Assembly (NCBI RefSeq): GCF_009914755.1
Contig: NC_060944.1
DNA length: 64,000 nt
Direction: 5' to 3' (one strand)
Source: the human T2T-CHM13v2.0 reference genome, Homo sapiens
Numbering within the stretch: position 1 is the stretch's first letter; every line of letters begins with the position of its first letter. Both the position numbers and the translations under genes were made by a program. The notes under the pieces were generated by a model, which saw only the letters and a program-made list of their open reading frames with translations, did not search any database and was not told where the DNA came from. This document shows, piece by piece, positions 26,069 to 41,907 of the stretch.

Positions 26069-27649
26069 GTAAGAGGATCTGCAGAGAGCACAGCTCCTGG
26101 ACCTCTCTGTCTCCCTTCTGCCTCATTAATCTCCCCGCTTCTCAAATACACACCTTTATCTTATAGAACCCTATTTGTAAATCAAGCCATGTGATAAATG
26201 CACAAAACTGCCGTTAGCACACCATACAAAAACCCTTTGTTAAAGCAAAGAAAACTTTCTAATTTACCTCATTGTGAACAGCAAATTTCGATAATTTTGT
26301 GTGATCAATTCTGTTGAAATTAAGCAAATATTGTTTGTGTGCGTGTGTGTGCGCGCACGTGAGCGTGCACATGTTTGCCTGTGCTTGCTTGGGGCTGTCA
26401 CTTGTGTTTCCCTAAGACCAAAGTAGCCAATTTAATATCCAATTTTTCAATCCTTTTATTTTTTATAGCCAGAGGTTGGACAGTGGAAGGCCACCACTGG
26501 CCATTGAGGATATATAGACAAAACACACACAATAAGCTTCCAGCCATTTCTTTGTCAGTGGGACCAGAGCTAAACTGTGCTACTTTGCTCAACCCAAATT
26601 AATCCTCTTTTTGAAAAATTGTTTCATAAAAGCCTCTTGGAACTCTCCCTCCATCTTGCAGAGATGGTTTATACAGATTCTACCACATGTCACACACCAG
26701 AGGGGATACGGTGCTGAATAAGGCAGTTCTTGCTGCCAGGCAAACTGGTGAGCACATTTATGGAAGTAGCAATTTATCCTGGCCACTGGACTGTACAATC
26801 TATGTGCCTCACCCCACCTCCCAGCTGACCTGAAGTCCTACATTGTTTAATGCAATGCTTCAAGCCTGCTATTTCAGTAGAAGTATGGGGTACTCCATCA
26901 GTTTTCAATATTATTAAAGCAGCAGAATATTCACATACAAATTTTGCTAGAAGCCTACTATATAAAACAGATAAGAACAAGGCTGATCTAGTTAAAGTAG
27001 TGTCTTCACTTACCCCCATACTGATACCCCCTGGGGCCCTTCTACTGAGCCCTAGTGCTCCCCAAGACACTTGTTTGAAAGACAAGACTTTTTCTTTTTC
27101 ACTAAAGCAGGGTAAAGGCCTGCAGGAGGATATTTTTTCCTCCATATGAAATGCGGTGATTGGCTGATCTCTAGGATCCCTTCCAGGCTTGCCTTTTCGG
27201 TGTTATGACTCTGCATCCTATTGGTTGGTCTTTGTGAAAAGAAAACGACAGTCCAGTCTAGGAAGCCCTTATGGTATGAGACTGAAGGTAGCTGCCTGAA
27301 TCTGCTCCTGTGATACTATTCACTCGTATGTGGCCTTAGATGAGTGACTTATCTATTCAACCCTGAGCAAGTTACTCAACTTCTCTGTACTTCAATTCAT
27401 CCAGTTATGAAGTGAGAAAAACAATATTTATGAGCCAAGGTTTTTGTGAGAAGTAGGCAAATTAATCTGTACAAAATATTTAACATTGTGTCTGGAGACA
27501 AGTATCAGTAAGCATTGTATAATTGCTTGCTACTATTATTTGCTGTTGTTTCTGAGGTGATCGACAAGTATTTGAAGCATTTCTCAGAGATGCTGTAGGA
27601 AGCATCCTTATGACAGAAGTGAAGTAGGACTAGATGTCCTCTAAGATCC

Positions 27650-27985
27650 TGGATTAGTCAGGATAAGGGAGGTTTTGCCACCATAACAAATAAACCCTGT
27701 AGATCTCAGTGGCTTAACAGAACCAAGGTATTTCTTGTTTGCATCACATCTAATACCAATCAGTCAACTCTCTACACAGTGCTTGTCCTTGAAGACAGTG
27801 ACTCAGGCTGCTTTCACCTTAAGGGTTCATCATCTCAACACATGGCCCCCATGGTTACCAAGGTAAAAAGAAAGAGAGGGTCAGCCTAGAGGTGACTCTT
27901 ATCACCTTGCTTACAATTATTGGCTAAAACTAGTCATATGGCCACACCCCTGAAAAGAGGTAGGGGTAAATTAAGGGATACAGAC
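27650..27985 (-). mobile_element. MLT1-type LTR relic
   Basis: attagtcaggataagg..ataacaaataaaccc..atctcagtggcttaaca..aactagtcatatggccacacc. Confidence 0.6.
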
Positions 27986-28029
27986 ATTGGATAAACAGGT
28001 ACCTTTTATTTTGGAGGGGGAGGAGGTTC

Positions 28030-28651
<622 letters not shown>

Positions 28652-30949
28652 TTAAACAGGTATCTTTTAACCTTTTAACATTGAAGCGAGATAGAGTGGC
28701 ATCTTTTCCTCCACAAGCTTTCTGCTGTATGAAAAACTGTTCTGGAACTACTGGCTTCCCACAAAGCCATATTAATTCTCTTCTTAAACTTCAAGTGTTT
28801 CTTAATGGAAAATCAATTATTTGAGATTTAAGCAAAAATGCAAGTTAACTGAATTGTCTCAGAATGACTAGAATTATTCTTTGGTCTTGTTTTAAAGACA
28901 AGTGACTAGGAAAAAGTTATTCTAGAAATTAGCTTGTGTCTCAACAAAAATTTTCACTCATTTCCGGAGTCCTTTGGTCTATATGTCATCCGAATCAGTT
29001 GCTTTACATGTATGCAACTTTGCAATCATGTCCTTCCCTCCTCCGATTGGTTCATCACAGACAAAACTTGCTCTATTGATCTGATCACAGTGGAAGATCT
29101 GCAGAAAGATTACATTAAAGACATGAGCATTTGCTCCTCAGTAATCATCTGCCATCAATTTTTCTTCCCCTGAGGTAGTAGATATTTCCCTTGCTTCTCT
29201 CTCTTAGCCTTATACCTAAAGAATTCTTTGGTTACTTTTTTAACCTCAGTTTTAAAGCTTCTCACTTTACTCCTCTTGTCATCTTAAGAGAGAAAAAAAA
29301 AACAGAGAATGCTATGTGTATGGTCTGGTTTTTTTAGAGGCAAAATAGGAGAATGAGGGAGAAATATAGGACAGTTTATTTTCAAAGAAACAAAGGAAAG
29401 TAGAAGAAAAAGAAAATTGACAGAATTATCAGCCAAGTTTCAGGTAGTTCTGCCTGACACATCTTTTGAAGCAGTGAAAGTCATACAGTGAATGATCACA
29501 CTGGCCTCATTTGCAACAATGGCTGCTTTAAATCAAATGAGCAGGACAGGTTAGGAATATTGCATTAGCTCACCCCTTTCTGCAGAGATAGACTCACTCT
29601 CAGGGTAAAGTTGCCCAGAGCTCAAAGGATGCACTGTTTCATGCAAGAGCTGCCTTACAGGATCTGAGAAAGAGAAGCCGGGCTCTGAGCCTTCATCTTC
29701 AGCCCACTCCACTACAACTGTGATTGGAGCCTTTCAAGGCTTTGTTTCAGGTTGAGTTTGGGGAGCAGTTGGCCAGATCTGTTCCTTGATGAATGTCTTC
29801 ACTTTAATCTGCAATGCAAAGCCATACGCTTCAAAGAAAGGCAAGCTACAGGAATAAGGTCAGTGTTCCTTTGATGCCAAGGTTCAAAGATGAAATAGCA
29901 GTCCCAGTGAAATGACAATGTTTATGCACAAACAGCCACCTTCACTCTGCAGCCAGGCTGCTTGTGGAGTTAATGCACACAGGCTGAGGGGCTGCAGGCC
30001 GTGCATGCATTCCATATGCACCAAGATCCTTTTAATCTCCTGGTCTGTCACTCTGAGGAGTGCAGTGAGCCCAAAAGTGGAGATTTGATTTCTCCATCCT
30101 AATGGATGCTGGGTGGTCTTCCAGCCAAGCCAATGTTGTAAGCCCCTTAAGGGCAAGAAATGTGTCTTGAATTATTCTGGTGTTCCTCTGAGTGTCAAAC
30201 TCAGTGCTCAGCTTAATAAATATGTCATGACTCAACTTCCCTCTTGCCAGCCTGCTCCATTTCAGGCCAATGTTTATGCTAAATAAGATCATGAGGATGT
30301 TTATCTCATAGGACTGGGAGCTGGGAATTGGTTCCACACCAGTTGTGGCAGCGGAAGGGATCACTCAGTGATTGAAGTTACTTTTGGAAAGGTCTAGAAA
30401 GATCGCAGCTCAGTCGTTTTCTTATCTAGACATAGCACACATAGCCTCAGGAAGGTGAGCCCCAAACCACACCGACTCCCCTGAGAAAGCATTGTCAAAA
30501 ATCATCTTATTACTCATGTTTAAATCTTCGATGTATATTTTTCAAGTAATCAATCAACATTTTTTGAACTCCCAGTCTTGATCTTACCTTACTACACCTT
30601 CTTTCCCCAACTCTGGGTAAAATTCCATTTCTCAGAGAAGATAGAGTTTGTATGATGTGGCTAATTCACAGTGTGCTCTGCAGTGGTGCCCGGCCTGACA
30701 TCTGCTCCATGAATGGCAAGTCACTTTCCCTCTCTTGGCCTTAGTTCCTTCATTGCAAATTAAAGGTTGTCAGAAGAATTAAGTGATGTGATACAGATAA
30801 GGAACTTAGCATGATGCTTGATACACACTAAACACTCAATAAAGTCATAGTACTTTCAACACATCTGCTTTATTCCCTTACTTCTGCAAATTTTCCAATA
30901 GCTTTACCCACCCTGGAGTTCTCCCTTTTTCCCCAAACTCACATCTTCC

Positions 30950-32000
<1,051 letters not shown>

Positions 32001-32802
32001 GAATTCTTCTCGCTATCCCTCTTACCTCAGCAAATAAACAGCTCTGATCTCTTTTACATCTCTGTGCTTGATTCTTTCCCTTTCCATCTTCTAAAGACAC
32101 CAGCCTCTTTTCACAAACTTGCACTTGTTGGTTTCTCTCATCCTAAAAAGACTTTCCTTGCCCCTTCTTTTTCCAACAGCCACCGAGCCTCAACCCATCC
32201 ATTGCAGCAGATCTCAAAAGAGTGAGCTATTCCGCTGGCTTCCCATCTACCCTTCTCATGAAGTTTCCAGCCCCTGCAGCCTGTCCCCCGCCTGTCCTCT
32301 GCCTCCTTGCTCCATGGATCCTGCTCCCTCTAAAGCCACTCCTGTAAGCACACTCCCCTGCTTCTCTGCCAGATTAAACTTGATCTCTCTGCATCATTCT
32401 CTCTCTTTGAAAACAGCCTTCAAAGACTGTCTTCGTTGTAGAGATGCTCTTCTCTTCTGGTTTTTCTCTTATTTTTCTATTTGTTCTTCCTCTCTTTTCT
32501 GCCAGGCCTCTTTCCCTATCACTATTTGCCCTAATCCCACACTCTGTTCTTTTTATAGTTCCCGCTGCACAAGTACCCTCACCTGTTTCCTTTCCAAAAC
32601 AGCTTGCGGACCCTCTACCCCCAGAGATTTCTGCATGACATGCTTGCTGCATTCTAACAAGCCCCAGGTGCTGCTGCTAGTCCAGGGACCAGCCTTTGAG
32701 AATCACTGCTGCATAATGACCCTGTAGTCACTCTTTCCCTCCCATCAGACATTAATGGCTTGTGGATTTCTTGTAGATAGAAACCATTAAATCTCCATAA
32801 CA

Positions 32803-33039
<237 letters not shown>

Positions 33040-33464
33040 AGGGGTAGCACCAGAGCTGAGAGGCCAAAGAAGAGACCCTGAGCCAGCAGACGAGATATGG
33101 GGTTTATTTAGGGGAACTTACGTACAGGGATGGTCCAGTGATTGTAGGCTGGACAGGAGAACTGCCACCACTTGTAAAAAGCATGTAGTTCATGTAGCAT
33201 TTTCACTTAACATCCTTTCCCTAACAACCCCCACCTGGCAACCTTTATTCAACCTTTACTCAGCCTTTATTCAAAGGGCCTCAATCCCCTGTATGACAAG
33301 CATCCCACTGGACAAGCTGGGTACTCAGATGTTCCTCATAGGTAAGGAATGAATCTCCAGGTTGGCCACGCTCAAACTGTGAACACACATTCAGGTGTGT
33401 CTGCCATACAGGGTCATTCTCAGGAAATGCTTAAACTGTCACGGTCAGGTGTACGTACCATGCA
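33040..33464 (-). mobile_element. ERV LTR, LTR47-like (family tentative)
   Basis: Reverse complement begins tgcatggtacgtacacctgac..aagcatttcctgagaatgaccctgtatggcagacacacctgaatgtgtgtt. An AATAAA lies on the minus strand (tttatt at ~33103). Confidence 0.65.
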
Positions 33465-35665
33465 CAGGTGCAGCTACCATATAACAATCCACACAGTTCC
33501 TGACACATCATAGGCCTTCAATACATACTTTCCAGTTGAATTGGAAAGAAATGTGTTAAGTCTCAGTTATGTCGTGATGCAGATGCTCACAAAATATCTG
33601 TTTAGGGCCATCTTTTCATCAAAAGAATTGTATCTCCGAATACTTAACATCAGCAATCTGAGTAAATAAACTTGCTCATCAAGGACAACTTCTTTCTTAT
33701 AATTCTTGTCTGCAGGCATGTCTAATTTTACTCATTATGCCTATCTGCTTATGATAGAGTCACTGATGTTGGGGAAAGTTCCCCCGCATGTCCCCAGTCA
33801 TCATTTCATATTTCATGATGATGGGAGTGCCAGACAGAAGGGAGAGAGTGATTACAAGGTCATCATACAGCAGTGGTTCTCAAAGAGTGGTCCCTGGACC
33901 ACCAGCAGCAATGTTACCTGGGGCTTGTTAGAACTGCAACAAAGCATTTCTGAATCAGCTGTTTTAACCATTCCTCCAGGAGATTCTGGTGCAGGCTCAA
34001 ATTTGATAACCATGTTTCTACGTAACAGAAAAGAAACAGATCTGTGCAGTGGGAGAAGTAAAGTGAACAGAGGATGGAATTCTGGCAGATGCAAACAAAG
34101 GTAAAGGACCTAGCAAAAAAAAAGAAAAAAGGAGGAAGAAGAGCAGGCAGAAGAATAAGAAAAAGCCCGAAAGAGAAAAGCATGAAATGTGTTTGGATCC
34201 ATTTCTTTAAATCTGTGTTTAAACCAAAACATCAACGCTGCCCTCTCAGTTACTACTAGCACCTTGCCTGTCCTTCAGTCCCCATGACCACTTTGGCATC
34301 AGGAATAGGAAAGGGAGTTTTGCTTATGAAATGCATGTGCCTCACAACAGTCACTCCCTAAGCCTGTGCTTTCACATAACTTTTTGAAGTATGTAAAGTC
34401 ATTAAGAGTTCATGGTCACAACATTCATTTTATTGTTTGATTTGATAGTAGACATCTGACAGAGATACTGCCATTTCTCCAATAACTGCTATCCCTTAGG
34501 ATAAATAGGGTAGCATTTATAATAATTATTTAAATTGTCTCTTCAGTGTATCTTCAATGGGTAGGATCAATTTGATGAAAGGAAATCCACAATGGGCAAC
34601 ACTGCTAGGTGTTGATTTATCATAGGATGACTCATGACAAAATATTCCATATTCCTAACTCAGAAAGAATGGTCTCTCCTATAATTATGTGGGATCTACT
34701 TAACTCATGCTATAACAGTCACCCTCCATTTGACTGCTGATCTTCCTCCCATGATCGTTACAATTTTGATGACATGGTGTTGAAATGAAATTGGCACTTT
34801 TTTGAAAAAAGATGATCTGCTTAACCTGATGCATCTAGTGAATATTAGATATTAAGATTCTTGTTATATTTTCAATTTCATGTCAGCTGTTTCATGAAAC
34901 AGCAACTATATATCTTACCAAGCACTTACTTTGCCTACTGGCTACTGTGTAGTTTTTAGATCTACGGGCCCACTTATCTGAAGATCTAAACGTTTAAATA
35001 TTTTAGAATTTTTGTGTAACATTAAGTCTTTCAAAATACAACACTTAACCAGAGACAGGAAAGTTGGAACGATTCTAGCTATATGAACAGGCCAGTACTT
35101 AAATTTGGATTACTCCATTGACGAGTTCATTTCTAATTTCACCAAAATGGCTATAAGAAAAATCATAATGTCTCTGACTTAATCAATTCTCTCTCAGCTA
35201 TTACCTCAGTGCCAGGCTGGTGGGATAATCACCAACTTTCTGAATCACAAAACCACATTTTGTATCACATGGATGAAAACGTGATTCATTTATAATCAAG
35301 TGACCAGTAATGTCGGAAAGGGAAACAGTAATGGAAATTTACTTACAAGAGAAAAGGTATACAGAATTTCAATTACTAATGTGTAATATCTGATTTCAGT
35401 AGAATACACCTGCATCATTGTTAATAACACCTAAACTTAAATGATAAATTTAGGAAAAATGAAATTCTCTATTTTTCTTCAAAGTCACACATGTCCCTCT
35501 CTGCCCTTAAACTGAAGGAGTTTCTGGGTGGTAAGGCAGGGGAGGGGACAATGTGTCTGGAAGAAAAGGAAGGAGAAAACTAAAGATAAAATTAAGATGG
35601 AATAATGACTTGTGTTCTTCCTGGAAAACAATAGCTATTTAAGATCCTCAGAAATAGAGGAATTT

Positions 35666-36106
35666 GGCCAGGTGTGGTGGCTCACACCTGTAATTCCAGC
35701 ACTTTGCGAGGCCAAGGCAGGTGGATCACCCGAGCTCAGAAATTCGAGACCAGCCTGGGCAACATGGCAAAACCCTGTCTCTACCAAAACATACAAAAAA
35801 ATTAGATGGCGGTGGTGGCAGACACCTGTGGTCCCAGCTACTCGGGAGGAAGTGGTGGGAGGATCACTTGACCCTAGGAGGCAGAAGTTGCAGTGAGATT
35901 AAATCGAACCACTGCACTCCAGCCTGGGCAACAGAGTGAGACCTCATCTAAAAACATATATATATATGTAATATACATGTAAAAATTATATACATGTATA
36001 TATAAATAAAAGTTATATATTATATACTTATATAGTATATAAATAAAAGTTATATATATTTATATATAATATATAAATAAAAGTTATATATATAATATAT
36101 AGGGAG
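35666..36106 (+). mobile_element. Alu with its tail expanded into a TA-rich minisatellite (35956-36100)
   Basis: Alu body 35666-~35953. Unit tatataaataaaagttatat occurs three times. TSD agaggaattt at 35656-35665 and 36107-36116. Confidence 0.93.
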
Positions 36107-38671
36107 AGAGGAATTTGGCAGGAAGAAATAACAATGCAATATTTTCTCTTTTTAATGTTATGTTTTCTCAATATAGTATTCAGGGATTATTGCTGCAAAA
36201 AAGGTCATAAATAGTTACTCTGTTACTATTATCCTTCTTTAATTATCTTAGATATTATCAATTAAACAGATACTATCCAGATAACTACTTCAATTCTCTA
36301 CTTTCCATAGGAAGAAAAAGCTTAACAAGCCTATCATAGAATGGAAATCCAGGTTTTGATGAGCTTTTTTAAGAAAGCCAATAAGAGAAGGATGGGGAAA
36401 TTGAGTCTGCAAATTAGAGCTAAGTCCCCCAATCATTGTGCTGGTACAAGTAGTTCCTCTTCAATCTGGGCTTCCTTTACCCTTTAAAAACTAATTGCTA
36501 TCAGACCAAGACCTGAGGAGGAAATATTCAATAGAAATGCTCCCTAGCAGAGGGCCTCCTCACAATAAATCTTTCTGAGGTTTTAGTTCTTGGATGAGTT
36601 GGGAAGTACTCAAAGCTTTCCATCTGTGGGGAAGTTGTTGCCTTGGCTGTAGAATTCTACTTGCACGTTACACACTGCCTTTAGCAGGGTTGGGGAATGA
36701 AGGCTTTCAGCTAATGGGATGCTCCTCTTTTCCTTTGGGTTTTGGCCTCTGGGAGAAGGCTCTCCATTCTTGAACTGCAGAAGTGATGGATTTTTTATTC
36801 ATATTTGGTTAAATTATGGTGTTATAATATATATATTAATATATTTGGCTATATAGTGTTATATTTTATGATGATATTCCCTATTCTAAAATTAAAACTG
36901 AGTGTTCTGTTCCTTCATTGTGAAGTCCCTGTTTCTGCTGAGAACATCAGAGAGGCTAAAGATGACAATTTGGTTTCTATGCCCTGGGAAAGAAAGCATA
37001 TATTCTGTTCATTGAAGTAGTTCAGATCATGTTTAAAAACATAGATAAGTAAACAGCTGTTGCTGATTAAATTGTTCTTATCCTCACAAACGAAGGGAAT
37101 CTCTCTACAAAATTAAAGAAAGCAATCCAGGCCTTCCGTGATTTCCCAGAGACTTGCAGACTGGGCAACAGCTAATCCTCTCATATTTCCCTCATATTTG
37201 CCCCTTCACCACACAGACCTTCCTGGCTCCTGACTCCAAACATAGGTCCCCCTGAGCTTTCTGCTACTCAAGCTCATCTCCCAGAACAGGTGCAGAGCCA
37301 AAACTTGAGACAAAGGAAATCTGGACTCAGAACAGCTTGGGGATTCAGGCTGGAGTGACCCTTCTAGTTCTTGCCACCAACCCAGGGAGACCTTCCCTAA
37401 ACATCCTTTCTAAAATATTGTCCCCTTTCCTGTGAGTTACTCAGTCCACCCCCACAGTCAGTATCATTTTCTTCATAGCACTTATTACCTCCTTGAATAT
37501 GAATTTTCTTTCTGGGTTGATACCTGTTTTTGCCAGGAGAATACAAGTGCCATGAGGGCAGAGACACTGTCCCCAAACTGAAGTAGTACATGTTGGCTGA
37601 ATAAATGACCCATTCAGCATCAGCTTTGGCCACATCTCCTCAACTATTCTGCAGGCAGCTTTTCCTCTATCTGGAAGGCTCTCATCCCTCCCCACAATAC
37701 ACTACCCCCATTCATTATCTCCTGAGCCCCTGGCCATCCTTCTAAGCCCTATCTTGATGGCCCCAGTCAGAAAATTATTCTTCCTTCCTTCAGTCCCTTG
37801 CGGTTTTTACTTCTATTATGTTAGTCACACACACCCCTAACCCAGCCCTCCAAATAGGTAGTGATTAGTTATTTAATTGCACCTTAAGCATCAAATACGT
37901 GAGTGAATGGGCACCGAACACTATACTTGGGACTAAGCAGATTTTCTGACAAGCTTGGGATCTAGTCACCATTTATAAACAATTAGAATGTTATTTCTTT
38001 GGAGGTTACTTATAGAATTATTTTAGTTCAAATACTGCTGTCATAACTACTTCATGGATGGGTGCATGCATAGGTCAAACTCTATAGCCTCTTTCCCATT
38101 CTTTTGATAAATGCATGGTTTTATATAACATACACTAGGGATTTGTCTAGACACCATCAGATATGGAGGTGAGCTGAGCATGCTGGATAATTCAAGCCAA
38201 TGCTACTTAAATAGCAGAAGCAAAAATGGAGTTTTTCCTTTAATTATCAAGCAGTTAGTTGAATCTCTCACTTAAAGTTTCCTATAGGAGACACAATCTG
38301 AAACTCAAAAGTGTATTTGACTTTTTCATACACAGTAATCAGCAGGCACTGGGCAACAGCTAATCCTCTCTATCCAAGTTGAGTACATTTCTAAAATAGA
38401 GGAGGGTAGCGTGATTCTTAAGCATCCAAAATGACATTTTCCATCCTCCCTCCTTCTCCTCCTCCATCTTAATAATGATTTGCACTTAGGATGTTTTTCA
38501 ATCAAGAAACTATGTTTTTGTGACATTACTTGGTGACTAGTAACAAGAGGTTGAGAAACTAAAACTCCCACAGAAAAATTTGGGTTTCTTTTTACAGACA
38601 ATGAAAGATAAAGGGGTATTGGGATTTTGAGTCTTTGAAAATTTTCCATAGTATCCTTCTTTGTGGGGTTG

Positions 38672-39083
38672 GTATTAGTTAAGTTATGTTACTTGTTGTA
38701 ACAGACAAATGCCAACAAAACTGTGGCTTAACACAATAGAAATTCATTTTTTCCTAACATAAAGTCCAAAATTGGTGTTTCTGTTGGGCAAGACAGTTCT
38801 CTTCCAAGAACCCAGCCTCCTTCCATTTTGTAGCTCCTCCAGCTTCAATGTACGGTTTCCAAAGTTGCTGACAAAGGGGTAAGAAGCATGAAGGATTGTG
38901 CCTTTTTCAGGCACATTTTCAAGGGCCATGGCTGGAAAGGCACATTGCATTTCTGCCCACATTCCATTGTTTGTAACTCAGTCACATGACTTTGCCTAAC
39001 CACAAAGGAACCTGGGTAATGGAGTTAACTATGTGCCTAGGAGAGGAAATGAGTTTGGTGAGTAAGAACCAGACTTTGCCACA
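38672..39083 (-). mobile_element. MLT1-type LTR relic
   Basis: ctgtggcttaacacaatagaaattc..atttctgcccacattccattg..aactcagtcacatgac..tatgtgcctaggagagg. Confidence 0.7.
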
Positions 39084-41907
39084 GTACTTAACCTCCACCC
39101 AGGACATTCTTTCCTCCGACTTTCTGATTCTTTCCAAATGCTCTCCTATTTTCTTCATAAATAAACTCTTGACCCGGAATAGAATAAAAGTATCTAAGAA
39201 CAAAAGAAAAATAAAGTCTAAAGGACTGAATATGGATCTCTCCTCCTTTTTTAGGGACTCTCGGGTCTACTAGTCTGGCTTTTACCACAACTACTTCTAG
39301 TTTCTTTTTCACAGAACTCATTCCTAGCACATGGCAGGTGTTGCTATCATTGCTGTGATTCTGTTGCTCAGTTCCCAAAGCTGTGTACTTTCTGGAAGCA
39401 GAAAATAGACCCTGAAGATAATAATTCCTCAGAAGAAATTAAAATGACATAAAATTGGAGTAGCTCTGGAAGTCATGCCAGAGGAGGGGAGAATGTATAT
39501 TTTGGAAATAGTAGCATACAGACATTAAGGACTTTTTTTCTTTGAAGAGGGGATGTGATGAGACAGAAAATGGCATCATTATCAGAAAATTAAAAATTGC
39601 AATTTAAAAACATGAACTGATTAGGCTAATTCTTTGAATTGAATGAGTTTGAGTGCACCCCAGTCACTCACTCAGCTCTCCTTGGGTACTTTTGGGACCA
39701 TAGACGAAAAGGAAGCTAATAAATTTGAACAGGCAGCAAACCTCTGATGTTCATCACATTGGCACCCAGCCCTTGAGTAACTAAGGTAACCAGGCACGAG
39801 ACTGAATTCTGAGCCCAGGTAGAGAAATAAAACTAGAGACTTCCTATCAGGATGGAGCTAATATTAGAATATGATTCCGATTAACATCACTTGCATTTTA
39901 TCTACTTTTGAAAGCCCTAAAATCTGTTTGCTTCTGTTATGTCTAGATGGGCAAGTTCACACCAGATAATTCATTCTACAGCATATCTACAGGATTAAAA
40001 AAACAGCTCTAAAGCTTAAATTTCTATTTTTTATTCAGTTATTAGGAGAAAAAAGTTGATTAAAATGTCAAGGTCTTTTAAGTAACTATTAATTTTTGAA
40101 TTTCAATCATTTTTATTTACCTTCTGCAGAGAAAAGATAAAGGAAAAAAGAGTGACACTTATAATGTATGTGCACTGAAAATACAACCATGCCTCTTTGT
40201 TAAATCACTTTGTGCGAATTATTTCATTTACTCTGATTATTTGTGAAATTTTATCATGAGATTGCCAGGTGAGGTACTGACCCTGCCTCTAACCCAATGT
40301 GGACTGGGAGAAAGTGGCACCAGCCCCTTCCAGCTGTGACCTACAACCTTTGCTCTGGTCCCTGCAACAAGGCACACATATTTTTACACTTGAGTTTGAT
40401 AGGTTTAAAAAAAACAGGGACTAAGTGGGAAGATTTAGGGCATTGAGGGGGGAAAGAAAGGAGTACACTGGGTGATAGAAATTAGCTCTTAAGAGAGGAA
40501 TTTTCTCTTTCCTACTGTTTATTTTTGACATGAGATACATTCACAAACTTCTCTCATAAGACATTGATTGTCTTCAGTGCAAACTGTTGGGAGCTGCAAG
40601 CTACACTATCCATTCACATCCTCAAACTTATCTTGTGGCTGTTATTGCAGATTTACTCCTCACTCAAATTCTGTCTCTTCTCTAGGGAAGAGGGAATGAA
40701 AAGCAAAGAGGAAAAGGACTGTGGTGCGGGTGATAAAACCATGATAATTCACACTTGGTTTAAAAAAAATCTTCTCACATTTCTCAGTGTCTACCTTGGA
40801 AGAGTGTTCACTGAATACAAAACTGGTTTCCTACAGCCTTTTTTCTCTCCATCCAACTCAGCCAGGACATGGTGTTTGCTCCATTTTTCTAAGGTCCCTC
40901 AATGAAAACAAGAGGCATCTACAAAAAATTCCGCCCAAAATGTACTGTCTGAGGGCCCCGGCATTCAAGGCCCTTGGCATTGTTGACAGAGGAGCTAGCT
41001 TCTGATTTCTAAATACATTTGCCACTTGGTTGCCAGCTGGAGAGACCGAAAGAGGCTGAGGGCATGGAGAGCTGCATTTTCTAAATGGTTTCAGGCCCCT
41101 GGCATTTCAGCAATAGCTAATACAAAACAGATGTTGGTGCTATGCTCCACTGGCTTTCAACTGAGGGCCTGCCTCAGTCCATGATTAATCACCTGTGCTG
41201 GGGGGCAAAAAAGTTCTACCTGGTCTTTTTGTGTGTGTGGACCTAAGGTCAGGGTTAGCAATCAAGGTGACAGACATTGCCTCTCTGCCTTGCTGTTGCT
41301 GCTTACCTACATGTGTGACAACTTGGGTTTGTCCAATAAATGCAAAATTAGCCAACAAACTGAACTCTAGTTAAGAGGGAAAGTTTGCCTGGTTGTGCAG
41401 AAATAGCTAGCAAACTGTTCCAGAACCTTCTGCCCCTTCATTTACTTTATCCAAAGAGTTAGCCAAGGGTAGACTTTTATGAAAGCTCAGTAAATTCTGC
41501 AGTTGATTTGAGTCTTTAAAAAATTTCCCTAGAAAGAATGTAAAGAGAATCTGTGTGTCTTTTAGATGGCACTGGGGCAAAAGATAGTGCAGCCACTTCC
41601 TTCCAGCCGTCCCACAAACAAGATATCCTTTTACATGAGCCCTACTGGAGCATCCTCTTCACATTTGCTTCCTCTGTGTGGTTGGACCCTGAGATGGGGG
41701 AGTGGTGATGTAATACATATGGAATTCCATGTTGGTTCAGTACAAGTGGGAAAGGAAAGAACATTATTCCATCTGTAGCATCTTCCAGGGTAAAGGGGAA
41801 CTGGTATTCCACACTGGCCTTTGTTTTTCCTTCCTACAGCTGGGGAGGATTAGGCAGGTGGATTTGTGCCTGAGGAATCCCAGTGTGTGGGTCTGGGCTA
41901 GAGAGAT

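Noticed and set aside
32119-32727. Longest ORF in the track (202 aa)
   Set aside because: Pyrimidine-rich L2/MER5-derived sequence with low-complexity composition; useful only as a pointer to the inverted duplication.
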